In this document: one piece after another, positions 44,761 through 53,664 of the stretch
How the letters are laid out: each line of letters begins with the position of its first letter
How positions within the stretch are numbered: position 1 is the stretch's first letter
IMG/VR virus record: IMGVR_UViG_3300045146_000572
Coordinates: 1-53,664 of that record
DNA: 53,664 bases
Reading direction: 5' to 3' (one strand)
DNA from: a virus
Lineage: Duplodnaviria > Caudoviricetes
Translations under genes and position numbers: made by a program
Notes under the pieces: generated by a model
Databases searched by the model: none
Seen by the model: only the letters and a program-made list of their open reading frames with translations
Told to the model about the DNA's origin: nothing

Positions 44761-45834
44761 TCAAAGCGAGTTATCGATTTCATAAACGACCAATTGCAGA
44801 AATTTTTCCTTGTCGTAATGCCCCGCAGCATAATAAAGAGGTGCTCGATTGTCTATCCTACAGTAATAATAGGTGCCCTTGTTACGATAATAATCAGGAT
44901 AAAAGCGGACGGTCGTTTCAATTTTCCTGAGGGCTTCAATTAACCCCACAGTTGAAGAATCCGGTACGATCAGCAGCCTCCACCTTCTAACATCAGCCCC
45001 AACATAGTAGACCCTCACACTGTTGTCCGAATAACGATGTTGGATACTGTCGCGATATTTTTCCTCGATTATGGAATCTGCCTGCAGGAGTTCAATATTA
45101 TAAATCGTCCCATCATCCAATACCATCCTCACAGCTGTTTTCTCAGCCGTATGCCCCATCTCTGCAAAAGCTCCCATTTCAAAAGTCAATGTTTCCTGAA
45201 ATCCTATATAAGGGGTCGCAGACAAAGAGCCGGCGATTTCAAAGTTTAACGAATCAAATGCACCTCCACCGACAGTTTCAGCCAAGCCCAGGGTCGAACT
45301 AATCACGAATGCTATAACTTCATCGACATTGCCCACTGAATCCGTAAAATATATCGTTACTGTAATTGAATCGACCTCAATGGTTCCAAGGTAATTCGGT
45401 GAAACGAAATAACAACTTACCTCAAAATCTGATCTATTTACATTGGCAGGAGTCAGGTATGCACCGATTCCGCCTTTTTCAGATGATCCTCCGAAATAAT
45501 TCTTGACATCCGATGTAGTCAATGTTTCATCGTCGGCGAGGTTGTTACTCTCATATCCACCTGAAAAAAATGAAACATTCATAAAAGCGATGCCCTGATC
45601 AGCAGGGTCACATCTCGCCTCAACCATTATTTCAACGCCATCTATGGTGGCTCCGGCCGGAACATTGAATCGAAAATCTGATGCATAAATACATTCACTC
45701 ACCATATGTCCGGCCATATTGGAGAAAGCCCGAATATTATCACTTGCAAGTATTTCATCAATATAATCCCAAACGTAACCACCCTCGTCAGATGAACTGG
45801 AAACATTCGGAGATTTTTTAATAGTTTCGCTCAC
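44761..45834 (-). CDS. Minor tail/structural protein
   Basis: FRFNVPAGATIDGVEI...FGGSSEKGG...LTPANVN...IEVDSITVTIYF domain. Confidence 0.6.
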   Translation of the reverse strand: MSETIKKSPNVSSSSDEGGYVWDYIDEILASDNIRAFSNMAGHMVSECIYASDFRFNVPAGATIDGVEIMVEARCDPADQGIAFMNVSFFSGGYESNNLADDETLTTSDVKNYFGGSSEKGGIGAYLTPANVNRSDFEVSCYFVSPNYLGTIEVDSITVTIYFTDSVGNVDEVIAFVISSTLGLAETVGGGAFDSLNFEIAGSLSATPYIGFQETLTFEMGAFAEMGHTAEKTAVRMVLDDGTIYNIELLQADSIIEEKYRDSIQHRYSDNSVRVYYVGADVRRWRLLIVPDSSTVGLIEALRKIETTVRFYPDYYRNKGTYYYCRIDNRAPLYYAAGHYDKEKFLQLVVYEIDNSL

Positions 45835-46370
45835 GCATTTTCCACAGACAAATTCGTTTGAATCGTTATAGTATAACCACTCGACAGGGTATGATTCGTG
45901 TCGAAATCTGAAACACCTAACAGCGTCCCAGTCGAACCGCCTTTTGTATTATTCGAACAAATTCCGCCACCATAAACGTCTATTGAAGCGTTCGCCGTGA
46001 AAACGCACTTGCTGGCAGAATTGTTGACTGCACCCGCAGCAACAGTCCCCAGGGTCACCGTCTGTCTGACTGCCTCAGAATACCCTGTTATTTCACTCCA
46101 CCCTGCATGGCTGGCCATCGTATCGGTGAGTGCTATTGTTCCTGATCCTTTGAGAAACAAGTACCATGCCGCTGTATAGGACGACCCCTTTAACCATTTA
46201 TCAAGGCAATCATTCAGCCCTGCAGTGACCACCATGTTTTTCCCCGCACCCCTGGCCACCAGTTTTCCTCGGTCGTCCCTCACCCAATAATCATAAATAT
46301 TGGAGAATACCAGTTTCATGTCCTTTGGATTTTGTATCAATTCAATTCTTTGGATCATTTCAGTCTCCAT
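45831..46370 (-). CDS. Minor tail protein
   Basis: NMVVTAGLN...DTMASHAGWSEITGYSEAVRQTV...TKGGSTGTL. Confidence 0.65.
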   Translation of the reverse strand: METEMIQRIELIQNPKDMKLVFSNIYDYWVRDDRGKLVARGAGKNMVVTAGLNDCLDKWLKGSSYTAAWYLFLKGSGTIALTDTMASHAGWSEITGYSEAVRQTVTLGTVAAGAVNNSASKCVFTANASIDVYGGGICSNNTKGGSTGTLLGVSDFDTNHTLSSGYTITIQTNLSVENA

Positions 46371-49300
46371 TCAGATGATTTCTTTTAATTGTTTTTAGTG
46401 CTATTGTCTGCGAATTATAATCGTAAACAATTCCATAAATTTCCAATTTTGCCGATATACTTGGATGAAGATTCAAGATATCAATCCTCTCTCCAATACA
46501 GCAGGATATTCCCCTGAGATCGAGTTTAACATTTATAAGTTTAAGCCCTGCATTATAGGCAGCGAATAAATTATCTATGATGGCCTGCACCTGCGATTCA
46601 CCGTAATACCCAGGGAGGGAAAGTTTTTTGTATTGTCCGCCTGCTCCGTTTTCGTTGTAAAGCGTTTTTAAGAACTCTCTCTCGATATAATCATAACCAT
46701 ACTCCACTTCTATTGCTGTTATTGGTTCGAGGTGTTCAATATTCACAGAATCATTGATTATCTCGCTGGTTGCGATGACGTGCGGAGTTTCGGTCGCTCT
46801 CGATATAAAGCCGGCCATTCTTTCCTTGCCCAGGCTCTGCGCAGAATATATCCCCGCATGTTGACAAACAAGTTCAATGGCCTGCAGGTATGTCATTTCC
46901 CGCTCAAATGTAAAACTCGGGAAAAAAGCACTATTATCACAAAAATTATAAAATTCGTCAAAAGTATAGTCATCGTCAGTTTCATCCCGCTGTTTCCAGG
47001 TGACGACCGCCTGCTCTGTGTAGCTGTTTAATAAAACCGTATTTCGAATATCGAGAAACGGCGGAAACATTCTCGCAGACAAGTTTGCAAGGGATGTTTT
47101 TAAAATCGTCGAATCAGGCTGGCATCCGGCAATAAAAACATTATCCTCAATTAGGCTGCATTCGTAGACGGCATTCATATTGCCGAACGCATTTTCAAAG
47201 ACCTCACCGCCGTCATACCATGTTTCTCCGGCGTCATTTGAGAAATAAACATTCGCCGGACGATACGACCAATCCAGTTCAGAACCAGAAGCAAACGCAA
47301 GTATCTGATCATCATTAATTTTTATGATACTCCGGAAATAAGCATACCCACCAAGGACACTCGCGTCGAATACTTTTGTCCAATTTGAACCACTATCAAC
47401 TGTGCGATAGATTGAAATGGTTTGAGGGCTGCTTCCTGTATCCATAGTCCCCAATAAGTATATACCCGCTCCCGCTTCGCAGATTCCTGAAAATGGGTAA
47501 ATACTCGCTTCTTTTTTTACCCAGGTTGCTCCACCGTCCGTTGAAACATATATTCCTCGATTCGATCCGGTATTCGAAAAAACTCCGGCGAGAATGATGT
47601 TCCCATCAGACATTCTCTGCATAGACCTTCCTGATGCCAACAATCCTGTCGTGGATAAAGCAGCCCATGCAGCACCATTATTTATTGATTTCAGGATAAA
47701 TATTTTTGATTCAGCGTCTGGACTTTTTGTGTTTTTCAGACATGCCAGCCAAGTATTGGCAGAGGTATTGACAAAAGAGAAAACAGATGTGACTGATGAT
47801 GTTCCTGCCAAAGTATGCACCTGGGCATGAGTAACAACGATACTCCATGTTTCACCCCAATCAGTTGACCGGAGAATCATTTCTCCTCCGTTGTCGCCTG
47901 TTCCGGCAAGTATCATTCCGGCTCCGTCAGTTGCCAATCCGTAGATGTTGTTTCCGCTTATTCCAATCGGATTGGCAATTGGTGCCCAGGTCTCGCCATA
48001 GTCCGTCGACCGATAAAAAGCATATCCGCCATATGTGGCGTAAGCCCTTTTCCCTGCAATGCAGATTCCATTTCCAATATAGGCAATTGATGAAAAGGCA
48101 TCCGTTTCCTCTCCGAGTTCATATTTCGATTCAAACTCAACAAGTAAAGGATTCTCTATGGCCACCTCCTCAGTTGTTTCGCCTTCTGTTATTGTAAGCG
48201 TTTCACCCGCTTTTATCAAGGCAGGGACTTCGGTTTTTATCTTTATCGTGGTTGCACCTGCAGAGGCGCCCCCCCACAAAGTTCCAAGTTCCACATCACC
48301 GAAATAAGAACTTGCATCCAAAAACTTCGCCTCTACTCCACTTAAAATATAAAGCTCATAAATCGTTTTTACAGCGTTTTGACTTTCGTAAGAAACACCT
48401 GTCACAAATTTTATAATATTTCCTTCCATGAAGTGACCAGCCCATGCCGTTGCCGGTATGGTTATTCCACCTTCTGAAAAATCATCGTTGATATTTCCAG
48501 ATGCATCTTTAACACCTGCACCATTAACGACATAGTTTTCATTATCAAGAAATTCTATTTCCCATTGTCCGAGACCGCAATCCGTGCTGACTGTTATTTC
48601 CGTCCGATCAAGGGTTCCATCGCCATAGGTCGTGAATGATTCGCTGTACGCCACATCTACAGTTCCATTCGGTAACCTTGCCGGATAGAAAAAAAGCTCA
48701 GCCTCAATTGTTATGTTGAAAGTCTGAGCAAATGTGCTGCCTGCACCATCCGTCACTGTTATTTCAAAATTAACACTTTTGTCGACTGTCGGAGTGCCTG
48801 AAATTATACCTGTTGCAGAATCAAGGCTGAGTCCGGTCGGAAGAATTCCGCTGGTCACTGCAAAAGTATATTCACCCGCTCCACCGCTTGGAACCATTGT
48901 CGTGGAATAAGCAAGTCCGACGGCGCCTGTCGGCAAAGCAGAATCAGTAGAAAATGCAAGTGTTCCAGTTTTGAAATACATCTGATCAACCTGGCCGTAT
49001 CCGTTTCCCGTCACATCGCACATTGTCATAAATCCGACCTGGGAAACCGTGCCAGCCCTGGTATAGTTATTCAGCAAAGTCCATGACCCTGAGTCTGCCA
49101 GCCTATAATAGAAATAATAAGTCGTCGAAACCTTTTTTATCTTGAACCATGCGGACGTCACTGCAATATCTGCAGAATATATCGCATTGGAATCATAAAC
49201 TCTGTAGATTTGCGCTTTTAAAGCCCCAGCCACTCCTGTCGATTTTATTCCGCAGATGAAACCGTCATAAGTTCCCAGCCTGAAATACAGCCCTGAGTAA

Positions 49301-50256
49301 TTAGCATTTTGACCATCGAAACCGTTTTTGACTTTACCATACAAGACCCAATCGCCGGCAAGGTCTGCACCTGTTAAATACAAGTGGGGAGCATCATCTG
49401 AGTCAGCGTCCCATTCATAATTTCCATTCATGGTCATACGCAGCCATGATTCTTCTGCTGCGAGGGAAAAGGTGGTTCCTTTATCTACTGATGTATAATC
49501 TCCAAGTCCGCCGGCGCTGGTAAAGTGTTCGTTAATCGGAGTGTCGTCAATCGTCAGTGAGCAGTCGAGTTCCTTTTCTATTCCATCCGCATTCCTGCAG
49601 GTTACCACAAAAGAAGATTCGCCCGCAGCCGTCGGAGTCCCAGATATTTCACCATCCTCTGCCAGGGTCAGCCCTGTTGGGAGTGATCCATCGGTCAGCT
49701 CAAACTCAAATGGCGGAGAATTCCAGTTGTCATCATATGTGATGGAATCGATCATCCCGCCGGCAGCGTTCATGATCATTAGTTTTTTTGCTGCACTTGT
49801 GTCCGGCGTTCTTATGACTTTGTTCAGAATTAATTTCCGTCTATCGCTGCATTGAATTGAAGAATAACCTGTTTCCAGTATCGGCAGCCTGTCAATTCGT
49901 CCTGCAAAAATCGGAATCCTGTTCACAGTCGGTTCCGTCAGGTTTATAAGACTACAGACGATTTCCTTCCCGACCGGATCAATGCCGTAAAGAAATGAAT
50001 TCGGATTTTCAACGGAAAAGTATTCGTCAGGGTCATTGAATTTAAAGGTTATAACCTGCAGGGTCGGAACAACAGAACCGCTTGGGTCTACATCCTTTAT
50101 AATGGAAACCGGACTGATCTGTACGCAAGAATATTTTTCTGTGAAAGTTATGTTTGAACCTGGGGGATCATAGACTATTTCCGCAGCAAAATGACCGCCG
50201 ATCCTGCGTTCCAATGCAGATTCAAATTCTGCAGGTATATTTCCATCATACCACAT
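46360..50256 (-). CDS. Central tail/host-specificity protein with putative Ig (He_PIG) repeats, lectin-like sandwich and BNR/Asp-box propeller
   Basis: GSLPTGLTL..GEISGTPT and GILPTGLSL..GIISGTPT; Asp boxes STDYGETW, STDWGETW, SINNGAAW, STDGGATW, TVDSGSNW, SNDAGETW. Confidence 0.8.
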   Translation of the reverse strand: MWYDGNIPAEFESALERRIGGHFAAEIVYDPPGSNITFTEKYSCVQISPVSIIKDVDPSGSVVPTLQVITFKFNDPDEYFSVENPNSFLYGIDPVGKEIVCSLINLTEPTVNRIPIFAGRIDRLPILETGYSSIQCSDRRKLILNKVIRTPDTSAAKKLMIMNAAGGMIDSITYDDNWNSPPFEFELTDGSLPTGLTLAEDGEISGTPTAAGESSFVVTCRNADGIEKELDCSLTIDDTPINEHFTSAGGLGDYTSVDKGTTFSLAAEESWLRMTMNGNYEWDADSDDAPHLYLTGADLAGDWVLYGKVKNGFDGQNANYSGLYFRLGTYDGFICGIKSTGVAGALKAQIYRVYDSNAIYSADIAVTSAWFKIKKVSTTYYFYYRLADSGSWTLLNNYTRAGTVSQVGFMTMCDVTGNGYGQVDQMYFKTGTLAFSTDSALPTGAVGLAYSTTMVPSGGAGEYTFAVTSGILPTGLSLDSATGIISGTPTVDKSVNFEITVTDGAGSTFAQTFNITIEAELFFYPARLPNGTVDVAYSESFTTYGDGTLDRTEITVSTDCGLGQWEIEFLDNENYVVNGAGVKDASGNINDDFSEGGITIPATAWAGHFMEGNIIKFVTGVSYESQNAVKTIYELYILSGVEAKFLDASSYFGDVELGTLWGGASAGATTIKIKTEVPALIKAGETLTITEGETTEEVAIENPLLVEFESKYELGEETDAFSSIAYIGNGICIAGKRAYATYGGYAFYRSTDYGETWAPIANPIGISGNNIYGLATDGAGMILAGTGDNGGEMILRSTDWGETWSIVVTHAQVHTLAGTSSVTSVFSFVNTSANTWLACLKNTKSPDAESKIFILKSINNGAAWAALSTTGLLASGRSMQRMSDGNIILAGVFSNTGSNRGIYVSTDGGATWVKKEASIYPFSGICEAGAGIYLLGTMDTGSSPQTISIYRTVDSGSNWTKVFDASVLGGYAYFRSIIKINDDQILAFASGSELDWSYRPANVYFSNDAGETWYDGGEVFENAFGNMNAVYECSLIEDNVFIAGCQPDSTILKTSLANLSARMFPPFLDIRNTVLLNSYTEQAVVTWKQRDETDDDYTFDEFYNFCDNSAFFPSFTFEREMTYLQAIELVCQHAGIYSAQSLGKERMAGFISRATETPHVIATSEIINDSVNIEHLEPITAIEVEYGYDYIEREFLKTLYNENGAGGQYKKLSLPGYYGESQVQAIIDNLFAAYNAGLKLINVKLDLRGISCCIGERIDILNLHPSISAKLEIYGIVYDYNSQTIALKTIKRNHLNGD

Positions 50257-50639
50257 TATTTCGAACTTTCCAGCATTTTAAAAGATGTCTTTCGCAAAGC
50301 CTCTGGCCTGCCGAAAAACAAAGTTCTCACAATCATGTCAGGGACGATTATGACATTATATTTCAATGTCGGCTGGGCATCAAAACAAGGATAAAAAACA
50401 AGCTCCTCACCTGCAGCCAACAAAGAATCGATGTCATTCATTATCTCAACGGAATTTTCATTTATTAAAACGTCGAACTCCATAAATTGGTCATTATAAA
50501 CCTGCACATAATAAGCCCCTGTTGGATTCTTATGTATGACAATTTTCTGGTTCGGACTTTCCACTATTTCGGGAATACACGATTTTGGAAAATATATATC
50601 CCCTCCGCTGGTTTCAAATTTCAAGGCATTGGTGCTCAT
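50256..50639 (-). CDS. Distal tail (Dit-like) protein
   Basis: Synteny directly after tape measure. Confidence 0.5.
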   Translation of the reverse strand: MSTNALKFETSGGDIYFPKSCIPEIVESPNQKIVIHKNPTGAYYVQVYNDQFMEFDVLINENSVEIMNDIDSLLAAGEELVFYPCFDAQPTLKYNVIIVPDMIVRTLFFGRPEALRKTSFKMLESSK

Positions 50640-53600
50640 CTGTATGGATTCCCCTCTGCCTCATAATTGCGCTGCAGGTTTTTTATATGAGGATAGATTT
50701 TATCCTGAGTAACCTTCACCCAGGTCTGCGGATTCGCTTCATTCACTTCCACGACGACCCTTGTGTCACCACCTGCAGCATGGCGCCCACCAAGAACATC
50801 AGGATTGAGAGTCCGATTAAATTCCAGCAACCTTCCATGTCCGAATTTTTCAGTCACCCTGGGGGAGAGAACCATTTCCTTTTTCAGGGCTTTTATCCAT
50901 ACTTCATCGCCCCTGTTTAAGAAACCGGAATGAGCAGTCGGATATCCTCCACCGTGCAATATGCCGCCACCTTCAAGGGGAGGAGTCGGTATAATCGGCA
51001 TTGCAAGAATTTTATCCCGCATTTCATCAAGATACTGATTCACGATTGAGACACTGTCTCCCATCAGGTCAAAACCATTAACCACATCATCCATCCCGCT
51101 TTGGATTTCCTGGGCTTCTATTGCAGCCGGATTAAATATTGCAAAGGAATCTTCTATCGCCTGCTTTGCAGGTGTAATAGAATCTCCGAGAAATTTATCA
51201 TATTCGTTTTTCAGGTACGTCAAGGTATTATCTGCCTGTTCCACAAACGCATCGCTTATCGGAGGATCAAGGGTCGCCTCGTTCGCAGCCTGCAGCTGGT
51301 CAGCATAATCGTCAAGTACGTCTGTCAAGTCTGACGTATCATCTAAAGCCCCTGGTATAACTCCCCCCATAGCTTCGAATCGTGTAGTGAATGAATCAAT
51401 TGCCATACTCAATTGCTGGTATGCCTCGCTCTGCGGATCAAGTGTATTAAGGAATTCCCTCATCTGCAGAATATACTGGCCAAGTTGCTCATCAACGTTT
51501 GTTTCAGCGAAATTGATGTTAAACTGTTCCAGCCGGTCGAGGACGTCGAACATCTCTCCGGTTCCCTCAAAACCTTCTTTCCCGAATCTTCCAAGAGAAC
51601 TCATATATTCGTCGAACTGATCTGTAACGTTGCCAAAAAATACATCCATGTCTCTGTAACTCAGATTCAATTTATTTATTTCATAATTCTGGTCATGCAG
51701 AGCATCCACTAAAGTCTTGGTCGCTTCTGCTTGCCCCTCTATCTCCGGCGTCGTGTTTTCGAGCGCCTCATTTAATTCATTCGTTGCATTCACAACATCA
51801 TTCGTCGGCGAGACGAGACCCTGCATATCATTTCCGAATTCATTCGCCATGATGCCGGCATTATTCGTCGATTCGGTCAAGCCCATATATTGCTGGCGCA
51901 ATTCTTGGAATGCCGCCAAACCTTCTCGGAACGCCGGACTATTTCTGTCAAGCGTTTGAAGATATGCCGCCCACTTCGCCATAAGCTGAGCAACTGCCTC
52001 ATCAGCATTTGTCGTGTTCAGATCAACATTGAAATAAGTCATCTTTGACATCATCTCTTTTGCTTGATCTGCGGATGACATAAATTCATCAAATTCGGAA
52101 AAAGCATCTTTAAAGCCGGCCATCAAAGAGGACGCCATTTCCTGCCAGACAGAGTTCCATGTTTTCACTGCCTCGCTATTATCTTCTGTGGCTTCTGTTG
52201 CATCCTTAATAAGCGGAGGCAAGCCGGCCAATACCCTATCAGCATTCTCGATCTGTTCAGTGAGTTCGGCATATGCCGCGCTTGTCGGGTCTAATTTAGA
52301 GCGCATCACTTCCAGCCTGTTGATCTGCTCCCGAACAAGCGCCTCGATTGCCGAGGTGTCAGCAGCCTCGCCAAACATTTCCTGATATTTGGCATACTGT
52401 TCAAGAACATATTCCAGGGCAGATTGCGCTTCTTCCATTTCGCGCATCTGGGTAAAAGGAGCTGTTAATCGTAAAATCTCCTCATTGGTCGCAGCGAGTT
52501 CCTCCTTCATTCTCTTGTAAACGTCGGACAATTTAGTGACACCACCTGGGACACGTTCCAAATAATCTATCATATCAGCGAGTCGTTCCTGAGTTTCCCT
52601 CATTGCCTCAAGTGCATCAGACTTAAAAGAACTGTTCAGACTTTCAAAAGCGTTCTTGGCGTCGATTGTTTGTTGGTACAGTTCTTTTAACGTCCCGCCC
52701 ATTTCCTCAATTTCTCTGTTGGCTATTGAAACCGTTCCGCCTGTTCCAGCGAGAAGATTGAGTATAGTTCCGGCTGCCATTAATCCAAGAGATGTCAAGT
52801 CAAGTGCTCCAAGCATGGTATTCAGACTCGCTTTTGTCGGGTCTATTCCCAATTCTTTTAATTGCCCAAGAGCAGTTGTGACAATGTTTAATCCACCCTT
52901 AACAGCGTCAGCACCTTTGCCTTCTCCGAAAAAATTGAACTGATCAATTACATTTCCAAGAAAGTTCGAATAATCTATCCAATTTCCTACCTTTGCCTTT
53001 ATTTCATCATTTATCCCTTCAAGACCGCCTTGAACGTTCGGGAACGTTTTGAGCCCTTTTTCCATATGACCAATAGTATCATTCAGCTTCGGATTCAATC
53101 CTGTATTCAGGTCTCCACCCAGACTTCCAATGCTTAACCGCCATGCTTCGGTATAAACACCACTGTCTACCAAAGTCTTGTTCAATTCCAGTATTTTATC
53201 ATCAATCTGCGATATTGCAAAGTTATCCCCTGAAACAACTCCACGATAATTTTCCCATTCCTTGATCTGGGCAATGATAGAATCTGTTGTGTCGATCCCT
53301 TTTTCTGCCAATATCTTTAACTGCTCAGCCTGAGTTTTTACAGATGGGACGTTGTTATTTATTTTTTCGGTTAAATTGCCGATCTCTGTAACAGCCTGCT
53401 TAAACAGTTCAGGTTGAGACTCGAGTTTGGGGAGCAATTCTTCAAGAGCTTTCCGTTTTTCTTTGTCGGTGAGGGTGCTGGTGCCCATCACTTTTTCAAG
53501 AGCTTCTTGGGCATCTTTTGCTACTTTACTTCCACCTTCCAATTCGAGTAGTTCAGCGTTCAGCAGATTTAGTTCATCTTTCAAAGCTGTGGTATATTGG

Positions 53601-53664
53601 TTATTAGCCATATTGGTCGTAAGAGCACCAAAGCCAACACCTGCGGAACTGCTAACACTGGCAG
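50636..53664 (-). CDS. Tail tape measure protein, C-terminal part (open at right edge)
   Basis: Long helical ORF; C-terminal AHSGFLNRGDEVWIKALKKEMVLS motif; continuous with 1-1728 through the terminal repeat. Confidence 0.92.
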   Translation of the reverse strand, partial: ASVSSSAGVGFGALTTNMANNQYTTALKDELNLLNAELLELEGGSKVAKDAQEALEKVMGTSTLTDKEKRKALEELLPKLESQPELFKQAVTEIGNLTEKINNNVPSVKTQAEQLKILAEKGIDTTDSIIAQIKEWENYRGVVSGDNFAISQIDDKILELNKTLVDSGVYTEAWRLSIGSLGGDLNTGLNPKLNDTIGHMEKGLKTFPNVQGGLEGINDEIKAKVGNWIDYSNFLGNVIDQFNFFGEGKGADAVKGGLNIVTTALGQLKELGIDPTKASLNTMLGALDLTSLGLMAAGTILNLLAGTGGTVSIANREIEEMGGTLKELYQQTIDAKNAFESLNSSFKSDALEAMRETQERLADMIDYLERVPGGVTKLSDVYKRMKEELAATNEEILRLTAPFTQMREMEEAQSALEYVLEQYAKYQEMFGEAADTSAIEALVREQINRLEVMRSKLDPTSAAYAELTEQIENADRVLAGLPPLIKDATEATEDNSEAVKTWNSVWQEMASSLMAGFKDAFSEFDEFMSSADQAKEMMSKMTYFNVDLNTTNADEAVAQLMAKWAAYLQTLDRNSPAFREGLAAFQELRQQYMGLTESTNNAGIMANEFGNDMQGLVSPTNDVVNATNELNEALENTTPEIEGQAEATKTLVDALHDQNYEINKLNLSYRDMDVFFGNVTDQFDEYMSSLGRFGKEGFEGTGEMFDVLDRLEQFNINFAETNVDEQLGQYILQMREFLNTLDPQSEAYQQLSMAIDSFTTRFEAMGGVIPGALDDTSDLTDVLDDYADQLQAANEATLDPPISDAFVEQADNTLTYLKNEYDKFLGDSITPAKQAIEDSFAIFNPAAIEAQEIQSGMDDVVNGFDLMGDSVSIVNQYLDEMRDKILAMPIIPTPPLEGGGILHGGGYPTAHSGFLNRGDEVWIKALKKEMVLSPRVTEKFGHGRLLEFNRTLNPDVLGGRHAAGGDTRVVVEVNEANPQTWVKVTQDKIYPHIKNLQRNYEAEGNPYR
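53516..53641. repeat. Terminal direct repeat, right copy
   Basis: Identical to 1-126. Confidence 0.95.

Noticed and set aside
1-53664. Plus-strand ORFs, integrase/prophage boundaries, alternative genetic code
   Set aside because: Plus-strand ORFs are antisense shadows; no recombinase or host genes seen; minus-strand coding density is high under the standard code

Overview
Apparently complete ~53.5-kb tailed (siphovirus-like) phage genome, circularly permuted inside its tape-measure gene: bases 1-126 are identical to 53516-53641. Essentially all real genes lie on the minus strand. Recognisable modules are packaging/head (TerS, TerL, portal, MuF-like minor head, protease-scaffold, capsid), neck/tail (major tail, -1 frameshift chaperone pair, tape measure, Ig/Asp-box tail protein), lysis (lysozyme, holin-like), replication/recombination (DUF4373 initiator, DnaC-like ATPase, PD-(D/E)XK nuclease, NinG) and accessory modification genes (GT9, TylF, radical SAM, ParB). 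I see no integrase or DNA polymerase. The standout locus is 35.6-39.2 kb. A sigma70-type promoter drives a structured leader containing an anti-Shine-Dalgarno tract, then a tandem array of three Y-RNA-like genes (one full YrlA with a tRNA-like domain and two minimal ones), upstream of a Ro60/TROVE gene. Between the Y RNAs and Ro60 sit two DNA methyltransferases, each ending in an integron attC-like site. This cassette pair is bounded by an 86-bp direct repeat that begins exactly at the attC crossover position. A separate tRNA-like RNA with a giant anticodon arm lies at 28.7-28.9 kb. All calls come from manual motif reading; no searches were run.
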